64,000 bases of DNA from Patescibacteria group bacterium (lineage in GTDB: Bacteria; Patescibacteriota; Patescibacteriia; UBA9570), in NCBI GenBank assembly GCA_024277435.1, contig JAJRVJ010000024.1, positions 276 through 64,275 of the forward strand, in the 5' to 3' direction. The notes beneath the pieces are model-generated. The model saw only the letters and a list, made by a program, of their open reading frames with translations, did no database searches and was not told where the DNA came from. Position numbers and translations under genes: made by a program. Of the stretch, positions 9,329-19,648 are shown in pieces; the stretch's first letter is position 1; every line of letters starts with the position of its first letter.

Positions 9329-12300
9329 CTAAACTTCACCGCCAAGCTTATTTCCTGATACAATATATTCTTTAGCAGCTACTGAAGGATCCTGCTCTTC
9401 AACGACACTTCTCACAAGACGAGAGTTATCCTCAATAGCATTTAGTGCGCCACCACGATTCGCAAGATAGGCATAATTTGCATACGATACATCACTTAGG
9501 CTTAAACGATCCATATTTGGCAATAAGGTAAACTGCGTCCCACGCATATCAGCGTACGCTCCTTTAAATTGCTGCATAGTTTCGCTGCGTAAAAACGCTA
9601 TGGTATTTCCCTCTAACAGCAACGCGTCAGCCATTATTTCATCTTCGGTTCTTTCAATTCTCCCCTCCTTGGCTAACTGTAAACAAATCTGCACAAATGC
9701 ACCTTGGGTTTCTAGCTTTCCACGACCAGTTGCATTTTGTACAGCTAAATTATCAACATCTAACTCAACCGCCATATCCATCAAACCAACTTGCACTGCA
9801 CCAACCATGGTTTTTTCTGGACCACCATTATATGAGTTAGCAACCGCTAATATTTTAGCATCTTCACTATCCGCCAACGGATCACCAAAAGCACTTAAAT
9901 ACGTATCGATCACCACGCGATTTTCATGTAAGATGTGTGCTGCCACTTCCGTGTTTAACACTGGATCGGCTCGCAATTCAGTTTCCAGTTCATCAAACGA
10001 CATGCGACGTCCCAGCACCTCCTCCGTACTATTACGCTCACCATTTTCTTCAATTAAGTTAAAAGCGCGCACCTGAAATAATCCAGCTGAAGAAATACCC
10101 TCAACGGTTTCTAATTTACCTACAACCTTACCTAAGGCCTCATCGATTGGTGCAGCTACTACATCATTATATGTATCAATAATATCAGCCCCTAAACCTA
10201 CTTGATGCATAGCATCCGTAGCGCGGTGACTTTGAATACCTAATTCACCAAGTGCAATTGCCTTATCTAGTGCAGCAGCGGCCATTGGAGAATCATGAAT
10301 AGCCCAGGCAATATCTTTAGCCATTTGCCGACTAAACCATAAGTACTCCACTGTTTCAATTGTTATATCCATTGCCGCCACTAAACCAATATCACCAGCC
10401 TGTACATCTATACCAGCTTTATCTATAATCATCTGTGCTACGTGCTCACTCATATTCTCATATGGTTCAGCTACATTATCACGTACCCAAGCAATTGCCT
10501 GGCTACCATAGGTTTTATCAGCAACTTCACGCATACCCTCGTTGGCATATACTAAGGCAAGTGCTGCGCGTTCTGCTTCTCCGTACTCAGGATTACGATC
10601 AATTGCTCCATCAATTAACCAGCGCACTTCCGCATCAAGGGTTTCTTCAACCACACCATCTGCAGTGCGAATTGGCATAGTATCCGGCAAGTACACCCGG
10701 GCTTCCAAACGCTGATCTGTAATAACTCTATCAATGCTCGCTAAATCATCATTTGTATACTCAAGTACATCATCAGCTCGCAAACTATATTCAGTTGTTG
10801 TATATGGTGGCACATATTCACTGCCAGGCATCTGCACTTCCCGTGTAGTAACCAGCGGCGTACGCTCGGCTAACATACCACGAATTTGCCCCCACTCTTC
10901 CGTTGAATACCGAGAACGATCAAAGTATCTGGCAGATACTTCATTCATCGTTTCACCGGGTCGCACTAAATGCAGGTCGGGATTATCTGTAGCCACAGCC
11001 ATCTTCCGCTCTTCTAGAGCATAAATATCTTCAATGTTGGCCCGTAACGTTTCTGCATCATATATATGCACCAACTCACCTGGCCGAATGTGATCGGGAT
11101 CTACATAACCATCAGCGCGCATAGCATATACAGCTGCCATCCATAAATCACGTGGAAAATTCTGTTGTTCAAAAATCTTAGCCATTGTATCCCCTGCCTC
11201 TACTACATGAAATGTATCAACGGCATAATCACCACCTTCACCATGAAAGGCTAACGATTCATTCACAACTCCTGCGTTACCCTCCACGATTTCCACTGGA
11301 GTATACGTTCCTTTACGCACCATCATCGTTACTAAGCTATCGGCTACATTTCCACCATATCTGTGGTTAATCGCAATGTCATGCACTACTACTTCATCAC
11401 CTTGCTGCAGAGTCATAGTCTCCCAATCCTCTTGATTAGTAACCACGTTACCATTCACCTCAATGCCTAACTCTTCAAACAACCAACCACGTTGTGATAA
11501 ATCATCTCCATATACATCATACTCACGAGCTAAGTGCCGAGCCAATGTTGTATCTCGCACTACATCACTTACTAAATCCTTATCTCCATATAAATTAATC
11601 ACATGGTAATTCTCCGATCCACCCAAATCTTCATTGCGATCGATATACCCACGAATCTTCGTGTATTCATATTGAGCTGTGGCTTGCCGTAATGGCACGC
11701 GCGCTTCTTTGATCCATTCACCAACAGATTCACGATACTCGGCATCGCCATTCTCCAAACGCATGATTGGTCGTGTATCAGATCTATCATGATCGAAATA
11801 CTCACTTAGTGAAGCATATGATCTACCTCCAACCGATTCAGCGCCAGCTTCCCACATCGGAGCATGTACAACCACGCCAGATATATCACCTTTAGCATCA
11901 CGCAATGAAAAACCAAGGCTTGCCGCTAATTCCGAATCAAAATAATTTAATTGGCCAGCCGCAAATTTAGAACAATATTCGCCAGCCTTCACATTACTTA
12001 CAGGATTCTCCTGCATAAATCTCGCTAACGCTTGGTTGCGTTGCGACCACTGTTCTGGCTCAAAAGTTTCAGTCTCTACCTGAACTGGATCACCCTCTAC
12101 TTGAAAGACGCGTATAATTGGCCGCTGTTCACGAGCCATAAATTCATCTAAATCCATCGTAGAAATGCGCGAATCTTTCACGTTAAGCACAGTTGCAAAA
12201 CCATCAGCATCAACCTCTAACCGAACAACGTTCGAGTAATATACCGGCATTCTACCATCAGCCTTACCATGGCGCTCACCAAATACTAAACGGTACGTAC

Positions 12301-14056
12301 CTTGTGGTAAATCATGTAGATCTCCACGATCCACTAATGGTAAATACCCTTCAGGTCGTTCGCCTCTATCCACAGAACGCGCATCGCTACGCAATTCTTG
12401 AGCATCTTCTTCATCTATATCAAAGGGATCAACTTCAGCTTCATCTATGTACTCACCTGTTAACCCTGGAATACTCAATACTGTCTCACCCGGTATTATC
12501 AGTGTAGAATTACTCATGTCATTATCACGCTGAATTAATGCAACGGCTCCCGGAATAGAAAGTGTGAAATCTTGCTCTCGTATCTGATACATCGACAAAT
12601 TATCCCGAGCAATTCCCCATAATGTATCTCCACCTTGCACAATATATTCAACTGTTGCAACTCCTTGTGCATTCTCAACAAATCCTAATGTTGGATCTAC
12701 ATCCACTTGCGACTCCTCAGGAATTTCGTCTAGTTCAGCAAACTCTATTTCAATTTCATCTACCGGTACAGATACGGCCGCCTCAATTGCTACTTGCGTT
12801 TCGGCGCGCGCTCCACCAATAACATCAAGTAGTGCTCGGCTACTATGCATGGCTAATGCTACTTGCGGCTCGGTTGGCAATTGTTCGAATAGATCTTGAT
12901 CTACCGTTACCACTGATGGATCAATTCTACCACCAGAAGCATGCTCCAATACTACGCCAATACTACTACGCACCCGAGTAACTTCCTCAATAGCCATATC
13001 CACATTACCTAAAATACTCAACGCCGTAATATTTACATTATATTGATTATATAAATGTCCAGCTTGTTGAGCGACGCTACGAATTTGTTTTTTATGTAAA
13101 TCTAAAATGCGCGTTTTTAATAAATATGCCACTTCCTTACGCCTGCTTAATAACTCTCGCTCCGCGATTGTTTCTACTTGATCATATAACCACGCCTCAT
13201 CTAAACCTTTCGCTGTTAATTCAGATTGATATTTTTCTAATAATGAGGCAGTTAGACCATCTACATCGAATAGTTCATTTGTTGCAGATTCTTGATCTTC
13301 AGAAATTAATGTCTCTACCAAAATATCTACATTCGCAACAGCAGCACGAGTTTCACGAAAATTATCTGTCATCAACATCGAAGCCATCGCCTCTTTTACT
13401 CCACGCCCGAATGCACGCATGCGCTCTACTCCCGTGCGTTGTTCAGCAGAAAGTTCAGTAAGTTGTTGTGTGTAATTTGATTCCAACGATGCCTTGGCCG
13501 ACATCGCTCGAGATACAACATACGATTCCAAACCAAAGGTACTAAGGCTAGCAACCGATCGAATCAACGAATGATTGCGGGCCTTACGTTTTTGATACAC
13601 ATCAACATGCTTTTTAATCATACCGCGCACGGCTGGAGCATATCCTCTTCCTAAACGATCCCACTTGCGCATCATACTAGGCCGTGATGGATCGTATACT
13701 GTTGTATCTAAATATGTTTCTAAGTCACCTAAAATCTTTTCTTTAGCCTGCTCTGATAAATTTGTTGCACCAATTAAATTACTAGCATATACAACTCCCT
13801 CTCTAATTTTTTTCTGTCTAAACTCCTCTCGTGCCTCAGCAGTTTCACCTGGTAAGTCATTTTCCATAGTATCACCCAATGCTTCAAAATGCGTGCGTAC
13901 CTGATCTGCAAAATTCATGGCCTGTCGCTCAATACGACGAACTCCACCATGAGCGTTATAGCTTTTTTCTAGCTCCGCATACTCAATAGCTTTTACCGCA
14001 AAATCTGCAAACGTATAACGAGCCGCCATGGCTGCACTAAATTCAAGTGGTCGCAA
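9329..14056 (-). CDS. giant (1575 aa) LysM-domain protein with a C-terminal lytic-transglycosylase-like region
   Basis: LysM-like segments (ATVEYIVQGGDTLWGIARDNLSMY and DTFHVVEAGDTMAKIFEQQNFP). C-terminal ...ILAVANSYNGGPEKTMVGAVQVGLMDM resembles an SLT-domain AYNAG motif. No signal peptide. The first codon is TTG. Confidence 0.65.
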   Translation of the reverse strand: MRPLEFSAAMAARYTFADFAVKAIEYAELEKSYNAHGGVRRIERQAMNFADQVRTHFEALGDTMENDLPGETAEAREEFRQKKIREGVVYASNLIGATNLSEQAKEKILGDLETYLDTTVYDPSRPSMMRKWDRLGRGYAPAVRGMIKKHVDVYQKRKARNHSLIRSVASLSTFGLESYVVSRAMSAKASLESNYTQQLTELSAEQRTGVERMRAFGRGVKEAMASMLMTDNFRETRAAVANVDILVETLISEDQESATNELFDVDGLTASLLEKYQSELTAKGLDEAWLYDQVETIAERELLSRRKEVAYLLKTRILDLHKKQIRSVAQQAGHLYNQYNVNITALSILGNVDMAIEEVTRVRSSIGVVLEHASGGRIDPSVVTVDQDLFEQLPTEPQVALAMHSSRALLDVIGGARAETQVAIEAAVSVPVDEIEIEFAELDEIPEESQVDVDPTLGFVENAQGVATVEYIVQGGDTLWGIARDNLSMYQIREQDFTLSIPGAVALIQRDNDMSNSTLIIPGETVLSIPGLTGEYIDEAEVDPFDIDEEDAQELRSDARSVDRGERPEGYLPLVDRGDLHDLPQGTYRLVFGERHGKADGRMPVYYSNVVRLEVDADGFATVLNVKDSRISTMDLDEFMAREQRPIIRVFQVEGDPVQVETETFEPEQWSQRNQALARFMQENPVSNVKAGEYCSKFAAGQLNYFDSELAASLGFSLRDAKGDISGVVVHAPMWEAGAESVGGRSYASLSEYFDHDRSDTRPIMRLENGDAEYRESVGEWIKEARVPLRQATAQYEYTKIRGYIDRNEDLGGSENYHVINLYGDKDLVSDVVRDTTLARHLAREYDVYGDDLSQRGWLFEELGIEVNGNVVTNQEDWETMTLQQGDEVVVHDIAINHRYGGNVADSLVTMMVRKGTYTPVEIVEGNAGVVNESLAFHGEGGDYAVDTFHVVEAGDTMAKIFEQQNFPRDLWMAAVYAMRADGYVDPDHIRPGELVHIYDAETLRANIEDIYALEERKMAVATDNPDLHLVRPGETMNEVSARYFDRSRYSTEEWGQIRGMLAERTPLVTTREVQMPGSEYVPPYTTTEYSLRADDVLEYTNDDLASIDRVITDQRLEARVYLPDTMPIRTADGVVEETLDAEVRWLIDGAIDRNPEYGEAERAALALVYANEGMREVADKTYGSQAIAWVRDNVAEPYENMSEHVAQMIIDKAGIDVQAGDIGLVAAMDITIETVEYLWFSRQMAKDIAWAIHDSPMAAAALDKAIALGELGIQSHRATDAMHQVGLGADIIDTYNDVVAAPIDEALGKVVGKLETVEGISSAGLFQVRAFNLIEENGERNSTEEVLGRRMSFDELETELRADPVLNTEVAAHILHENRVVIDTYLSAFGDPLADSEDAKILAVANSYNGGPEKTMVGAVQVGLMDMAVELDVDNLAVQNATGRGKLETQGAFVQICLQLAKEGRIERTEDEIMADALLLEGNTIAFLRSETMQQFKGAYADMRGTQFTLLPNMDRLSLSDVSYANYAYLANRGGALNAIEDNSRLVRSVVEEQDPSVAAKEYIVSGNKLGGEV

Positions 14057-14065
14057 CGCTGCTCG

Positions 14066-14578
14066 CTAACCTAAGTCCACTGCAGCACCTACTGTTACTG
14101 AAGATCGCACCGATTGCATAGCTCTATCAATTCGAGCGAAATATGTACTTGGCACTTCTCCAGTACGTGGATCACGCGCTCCTTCATAACGCTCTACATA
14201 TTCATCTGCTACAGCCTCTAGTGTTGCATCAGTTCTCTCGAGTAGCGATTTCTTAAACCTACTATAACGCTTCTTAACACCTAAAATCATAGAAGCAAAT
14301 CTATTCCTCTCTTGCTTTGCCTGCTCCCTTTGTTGCTCTTGCTCTACAACTTGTGTTGGAATTTCAACTTGCGCATCAACAGTCTCTGTAGCAATTTCAG
14401 CTTGTGCATCCATAAGTTCAGTAGCACCTTCCGCCATGGCATCTAAAGCTTGTTGAGCACGTATGAGTTCATCACCAGTTAAATGCTCAGCGCCCTCTCG
14501 CTGTATAGGAGTAGCATCAGCGCTACCACGACCTGGACGGCGCGGTGCTGGAGAATTGGTTGTTGGTTCTACTCTCAT
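14066..14578 (-). CDS. acidic hypothetical protein, in frame with the giant gene and separated from it by a single TAG
   Basis: Same reading frame as 9329-14056. A TAG at 14066-14068, then three sense codons (RAA), then the TTG start of the giant ORF. This is either an N-terminal extension or a separate upstream gene. Confidence 0.45.
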   Translation of the reverse strand: MRVEPTTNSPAPRRPGRGSADATPIQREGAEHLTGDELIRAQQALDAMAEGATELMDAQAEIATETVDAQVEIPTQVVEQEQQREQAKQERNRFASMILGVKKRYSRFKKSLLERTDATLEAVADEYVERYEGARDPRTGEVPSTYFARIDRAMQSVRSSVTVGAAVDLG

Positions 14579-14604
14579 GTATATAATTTATATTACCAAT
14601 CGCA

Positions 14605-14955
14605 TTAATCCTCTTTTGCGTACTTTTCAATAGCCTGCTTTACATAAGCTTCAATTAACTGCTTTTCTTCCTGCTTTAATGATTCAACTTGTTTTGTTAA
14701 TTCACCCTCAAGCCGTTTAAGATCATCCAAGAATGTTTTACTAGATTCAATGTAGCCAGCATGCTCTTTCTCGAGAATTTCCATTAATACATCAACCTGA
14801 CTTGATTCCATAACTGGTAATAAGTGAATCCAAGCTTCTTTTTGTTCCTGCGGCATTACCGACTGTGTAAGTAGAAATGCTAAACGCCGAGCTTTAGCAG
14901 CATCACTAGCTTGTTGCGGATTGTTTGATTGCGTTTCAGCTGTCATAAGAGTCAA
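14605..14955 (-). CDS. hypothetical coiled-coil protein
   Basis: 116 aa, Glu/Lys-rich C-terminal half. First gene of the minus-strand block leading into the giant gene. Confidence 0.4.
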   Translation of the reverse strand: MTLMTAETQSNNPQQASDAAKARRLAFLLTQSVMPQEQKEAWIHLLPVMESSQVDVLMEILEKEHAGYIESSKTFLDDLKRLEGELTKQVESLKQEEKQLIEAYVKQAIEKYAKED

Positions 14956-15057
14956 AAAAATAAATGACTAAATACTGTAATATATAATAACATTTTTGTC
15001 AAGGGTTTTCAAGTAGATCCAATTCATAAATTAAATCTACTTGAAATAAAAAACCTA

Positions 15058-15087
15058 TTGGTTAATGCTCAAAAAAAATGGTATATT
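15058..15087 (+). promoter_or_regulatory. candidate extended -10 promoter for the HlyD/ABC operon
   Basis: TTGGTT (15058-15063), an 18-nt spacer, then TGgTATATT (15079-15087). Lies in the 165-bp divergent intergenic region. Confidence 0.35.
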
Positions 15088-15120
15088 TAACTTCTGAAGA
15101 ATCATTATCCATAAACATTT

Positions 15121-16107
15121 ATGTCTTTACCAAAACCAAAAAAAAAACAATTTTATAAACGCTGGTGGTTCTGGACACTACTAGTACTAGGTACCATTAT
15201 TGTAGTAGCTGTTGTTGCCGGCCTTAGCGCTTATCAAGAATCTCAACGCGAAGCCTACGCCTATTTAGAAGAAACTGTTTCTGTAGAAAAACGCGTCCTG
15301 AATAAAACAATTAGCACGGATGGCGAAATTACTCCTGAACAACACACTCAACTATATACAAGCCTACCTAATAGCAAAATTACCGAAGTAAATGTAACTG
15401 TTGGTGATGAAGTAACTGTTGGTGATGTTCTTATAAAGACCGATGGTGGCCCTGCGCCAGATGAAGAAATTGAAGCACCGTTCGATGGCAGAGTTCTAGC
15501 GGTACACACATTTGTTGGTGATGTGCCTTCGCTTGCAATTCCGGTAATAGAAATTGGCTATCGCACAAACCATATTGAATTTCTTGCATCAGAATCTGAA
15601 GTAATCGACCTCAATGAAGGTCAGCACGTTACAATCACTATTCCATCATATGAAAATGGTGATGATGAGTACGATGGGAAAGTAACATTTGTGGATGTAC
15701 AAAAACAAACTATAGCATCTTCAGCTGCAAGTGGTGCGGTTGCAGAATCTGGTTACGTTATACATGTAAATGCAGATGATCTTCCAGAAGCTGTGCGTAA
15801 TATTATTGGTATTAGCGTTGATGTAGTGGTAGATATTTACGAAACCGAATCCGTGTTATCTATTGAGCCAAGCGCTATTCAGTATGATGATAACGATGAA
15901 GCCTTTGTGTATATACCGCCAGTAGTGGATGATACATTTATTGCTGAGGCAACTGTCGCAGAAGATGTAACCGATGTATTACAACAAAAAGAGGTAGAGG
16001 TTGGATTTAAAGGTGATGAATACTATGAAATCACTGACGGCCTACGAGATAACGAAAATGTACTACTATATATTCCGTCAAATAGTGGGGCTGGAGGATT
16101 ATTCTAG
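15121..16107 (+). CDS. HlyD-family periplasmic adaptor (membrane fusion) protein, MacA/YknX-like
   Basis: N-terminal TM anchor, then lipoyl/barrel-sandwich-like repeats (VTVGDEVTVGDVL...APFDGRVLAV). Upstream of the ABC ATPase and FtsX-type permease. Confidence 0.75.
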   Translation: MSLPKPKKKQFYKRWWFWTLLVLGTIIVVAVVAGLSAYQESQREAYAYLEETVSVEKRVLNKTISTDGEITPEQHTQLYTSLPNSKITEVNVTVGDEVTVGDVLIKTDGGPAPDEEIEAPFDGRVLAVHTFVGDVPSLAIPVIEIGYRTNHIEFLASESEVIDLNEGQHVTITIPSYENGDDEYDGKVTFVDVQKQTIASSAASGAVAESGYVIHVNADDLPEAVRNIIGISVDVVVDIYETESVLSIEPSAIQYDDNDEAFVYIPPVVDDTFIAEATVAEDVTDVLQQKEVEVGFKGDEYYEITDGLRDNENVLLYIPSNSGAGGLF

Positions 16108-16114
16108 AAACACT

Positions 16115-16816
16115 ATGACTAAACACACAACAAAGGAACAAGACGATCCATTAATTGAAGTGCATAAACTTACTAAAACCTACTGGAATGGTGATATACC
16201 AATCCGTGCGGTGCGCGGTGTAAACCTCACTATTAAAGAAGGTGATTTTATAGCCTTGATGGGGCCATCAGGTTCAGGCAAATCCACATTTATGAATTTG
16301 TTAGCCTTTTTAGATGCGCCAAGTTCTGGGCGCTATATATTTAGTGGTAGCGACATTAAAGATTTTGATGATGACTATCTAGCTGAACTGCGTAATGCGG
16401 TAATAGGATTTGTATTTCAGCAATTTCATTTACTACCACGTACTAGCGCTCTAGATAATGTTGCTCTACCTATGCTGTATGCTGGTATTCGTAAACGTAG
16501 AGCTCGTGAACATGCTTACGAGATGTTAAAGAAAGTAGGCTTAGAAGATCGTATTTATCATAAGCCAAACGAACTATCTGGCGGTCAGCAACAGCGTGTT
16601 TCCATTGCTCGCGCCTTAATAAATGAACCAAAAGTGATTTTCTGTGATGAACCAACTGGAAACCTTGATTCAAAAACATCTATTGAAATTATGGATATCT
16701 TAAAAAAGCTTCATAAAGAAGGTAAAACGCTTATTATGGTTACACATGAACCTCACATAGCTAAATACGCCAGCCGCACCATTTATATGAAAGACGGTAG
16801 CATATCACAATCATGA
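16115..16816 (+). CDS. ABC transporter ATP-binding protein, MacB/LolD/YknY-like
   Basis: Walker A GPSGSGKST, Q-loop, signature LSGGQQQRVSIARAL, Walker B VIFCDEPTGNLD. Start placed at the internal ATG 16115. Confidence 0.9.
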   Translation: MTKHTTKEQDDPLIEVHKLTKTYWNGDIPIRAVRGVNLTIKEGDFIALMGPSGSGKSTFMNLLAFLDAPSSGRYIFSGSDIKDFDDDYLAELRNAVIGFVFQQFHLLPRTSALDNVALPMLYAGIRKRRAREHAYEMLKKVGLEDRIYHKPNELSGGQQQRVSIARALINEPKVIFCDEPTGNLDSKTSIEIMDILKKLHKEGKTLIMVTHEPHIAKYASRTIYMKDGSISQS

Positions 16817-18054
16817 TGCTCGTAACACACTTTCAAACCGCTATTAAACAATTACTTGCCAATAAGGGTAAAGCCGCCCTTACTATGCTTGGCGTTGTTA
16901 TTGGGATTGGTTCCGTAATTTATATTATGACACTTGGTGAGGTTGCAAAAAAGTTCTTGCTCGATCAAATTAGTCAATTTGGAACAAATGTTATTGAAGT
17001 AGCCGTAGCCGGCGAATTTGGGCCATTTGGCGGCAGCGAAGATGTAACACTTACCGTAAGTGATGTTGACGAACTAAAATCCTCTACTCTACTGCCGGAA
17101 CTTACTAAAATATCCGCTGGCTATTCGGTAACAAAAAATATTGAAATTGATGGTAAAAAATTTACAACGAGTATTCTTGGTGACACGATTGACGTTTTTG
17201 AACTTAATCATCTTAACCTGATGGGCGGACGATTCTATACTGAGAGTGAAGAAAAAAACGCTGAACGTGTTGTTGTTATTGGTGATGTATTTGCAGAAGA
17301 TCAATTTGGATCAATTAAAGACGCGATTAACGAACATATAACCATTGATGGAACTAAATTTGCAATCATAGGGGTAGTTGAAGATATTTCTGGCGCTAGT
17401 CCATTCGCCCAAAATATTAGCTACGCTCCACGCAATACCATTCATCGCTTATTTGCTCCTGCTGAAGAAATGAATGACGTAGGTTACATGCTTATCGAAT
17501 TCGAACAAGGTACAAATTCTACAAGTTTTGAACAGCGCCTTAAATATGAATTAAACCGAATTAAAGGTATTGATGAAGACGAAGGTGATGCATTCCTTAT
17601 CGTGAGTAGGCAGCAATTTTTAGAAATCTTCGATACCATCCTACTCGGCATTCAAGCTTTTGTTTCCGCTATTGCCGGCATCTCCTTAGTAGTTGGTGGC
17701 ATTGGCATTATGAACATCATGCTTGTAACAGTAAAAGAACGTACGAAAGAAATAGGCTTACGTAAAGCCGTTGGTGCAAAAAACAGCTCTGTACTCATTC
17801 AGTTCCTCATTGAATCTATTGCCCTTACTACATTAGGCGGACTCATTGGTATTGCCGCCGGACTAGGGCTATCATATTTATCTGTATTCGCTGCAAATAC
17901 ACTGCAACCAGGCTGGGGTATTCAATTTGTATTTGTACCATCTTCCATCGCTCTTGCATGTGGTGTTGCGATAACTACCGGAATCATCTTTGGTCTCTAC
18001 CCGGCCATCAAAGCCTCGCGCTTACATCCCATTGAATCATTGCGTTACGAATAA
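16813..18054 (+). CDS. ABC transporter permease, FtsX/MacB-type (YknZ-like)
   Basis: N-terminal TM helix, a large extracytoplasmic domain, and three C-terminal TM helices with the FtsX-like profile. ATGA overlap with the ATPase gene. Confidence 0.85.
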   Translation: MMLVTHFQTAIKQLLANKGKAALTMLGVVIGIGSVIYIMTLGEVAKKFLLDQISQFGTNVIEVAVAGEFGPFGGSEDVTLTVSDVDELKSSTLLPELTKISAGYSVTKNIEIDGKKFTTSILGDTIDVFELNHLNLMGGRFYTESEEKNAERVVVIGDVFAEDQFGSIKDAINEHITIDGTKFAIIGVVEDISGASPFAQNISYAPRNTIHRLFAPAEEMNDVGYMLIEFEQGTNSTSFEQRLKYELNRIKGIDEDEGDAFLIVSRQQFLEIFDTILLGIQAFVSAIAGISLVVGGIGIMNIMLVTVKERTKEIGLRKAVGAKNSSVLIQFLIESIALTTLGGLIGIAAGLGLSYLSVFAANTLQPGWGIQFVFVPSSIALACGVAITTGIIFGLYPAIKASRLHPIESLRYE

Positions 18055-18075
18055 TACATATGTAAGTTTATTATT

Positions 18076-18636
18076 ATGAAAATTTATACAAGAAAAGGTG
18101 ATAAAGGAAAAACCTGCCTCTACGGTGGTAAAGAATTCCCCAAACACAACTTACGCATTGAAGCGTACGGCACCATTGATGAACTCAATGCTATGCTAGG
18201 TACTGCCCACGCAGCTCTACCAGTAGATCTCAAGCTACCTCTCGAGGTAGGCCCTATGTTTGAAATAATTCAAAAAGATTTATTTGATGTCGGTTCACAT
18301 CTAGCCACTCCCTACGAAAAAGATGCCGCGCCAAAAAGCTTACCAAAGATTCGACCAGACGCCGTTACCTGGATGGAAAATACTATTGATCGGATGGATG
18401 ATAAACTTCCAGAGTTGAAAACATTTATTATCCCTGGTGGCAGCCAGACTGGTAGCTTAGTTCATGTTGCCCGAACAATTTGTCGCCGCGCTGAACGCCG
18501 CACTTCTGAACTAGCCGACTCTGTCTATGTAGATCCGTACATCATAAAATACCTGAATCGCCTATCAGACTTCCTATTTAATCTAGCAAGAATTTTGAAT
18601 CAGGCTGAGAGTAAGCCAGAATTACATTGGAAGTAG
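18076..18636 (+). CDS. ATP:cob(I)alamin adenosyltransferase, PduO-type
   Basis: MKIYTRKGDKGKTCLYGG... is the N-terminal signature of the PduO/MMAB family. 186 aa. Confidence 0.8.
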   Translation: MKIYTRKGDKGKTCLYGGKEFPKHNLRIEAYGTIDELNAMLGTAHAALPVDLKLPLEVGPMFEIIQKDLFDVGSHLATPYEKDAAPKSLPKIRPDAVTWMENTIDRMDDKLPELKTFIIPGGSQTGSLVHVARTICRRAERRTSELADSVYVDPYIIKYLNRLSDFLFNLARILNQAESKPELHWK

Positions 18637-18680
18637 AGACGCCCCGTCGGGACGTCTCTACTTCTTACGATTATTTTTTC
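18633..18680. terminator. GC-rich hairpin terminator between convergent genes
   Basis: gtagagacgc-cccgtcggg-acgtctctac (9 + 3 bp stem) starts at the TAG of the upstream gene and is followed by a T-rich tract (...ttattttttcttt). Confidence 0.5.
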
Positions 18681-19579
18681 TTTACTGCGTGACCACCCCA
18701 TTGATTGCGAAGCGCAGCCACAACTTTAGCGGCAAATGATTCGTTACCACGTGTACGATACCGCATAGCTAGCGCCATATATATTGATGGTAGTGGAACC
18801 TCGTGTTCAATACCGGCTTGTATTGTCCATTCTCCAGTAGAGCCGCCGCCAACCTCGTCACCTATTTTTTGAAGTTTAGGATCTTCACTAAACGCAGCGC
18901 GAGCCCATTCCATAAGTTGCGAACGAATAATGCTACCGTGATTCCATAAATCTGCTACCTCTTCTAAATTCACATCAAAATCGGATTTATCGAGCAAGTC
19001 AAAACCTTCACCCATTGATTGTACAAACGCATATTCAATACCATTGTGTACCATCTTTACAAAATGGCCAGCCCCAACTTCTCCTACACGTTTATAACCA
19101 TCCTCCATGGCTAACTCTTTAAAGATTGGTTCAATATAATTGAATACCTCTTGATCTGCTCCAGCCATAATACATGCACCAGTCTCAGCACCTTCAATTC
19201 CACCACTCGTTCCAACATCTGCAAAATCAATTCCTAACTCTTTAAGCTTAGCGGCATTCTCTAAACTTTCTTTATAGTGAGAATTTCCACCATCAACTAC
19301 AATATCACCCTTAGAAAGCAACGTAGCTAAACCAGGCTCATTAAATAGTGTTTCCGTAACCGGATCACCATGAGGAATCATTAACCACGCTACTTTGCGA
19401 TCGGCCTCTAACTTCTGAACAAACTCTTCTAATGAGTACGCACCCACTAAACCATCAGCCTCTAATTCTTTTGTAGCCCCCTCTGAGTGGTTATACCCTA
19501 CAACGCGATGCCCTTTATCCAACAGGAGCTTCGCCATCGCCGCACCCATGCGACCTAAACCAATAAATCCTACTTCCAT
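18671..19579 (-). CDS. gnd: 6-phosphogluconate dehydrogenase (decarboxylating), short YqeC/Gnd-like form
   Basis: MEVGFIGLGRMGAAMAKLL (Rossmann GxGxxG) plus the 6PGDH C-terminal domain. Start set at MEVGFIGLG rather than the upstream extension. Confidence 0.85.
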   Translation of the reverse strand: MEVGFIGLGRMGAAMAKLLLDKGHRVVGYNHSEGATKELEADGLVGAYSLEEFVQKLEADRKVAWLMIPHGDPVTETLFNEPGLATLLSKGDIVVDGGNSHYKESLENAAKLKELGIDFADVGTSGGIEGAETGACIMAGADQEVFNYIEPIFKELAMEDGYKRVGEVGAGHFVKMVHNGIEYAFVQSMGEGFDLLDKSDFDVNLEEVADLWNHGSIIRSQLMEWARAAFSEDPKLQKIGDEVGGGSTGEWTIQAGIEHEVPLPSIYMALAMRYRTRGNESFAAKVVAALRNQWGGHAVKKK

Positions 19580-19648
19580 AATTCGTTGCGAATTAATAAT
19601 AAATACTATAAGCTGTAGTAAGTATAGCAAGTAATAATTATTCTGTGT

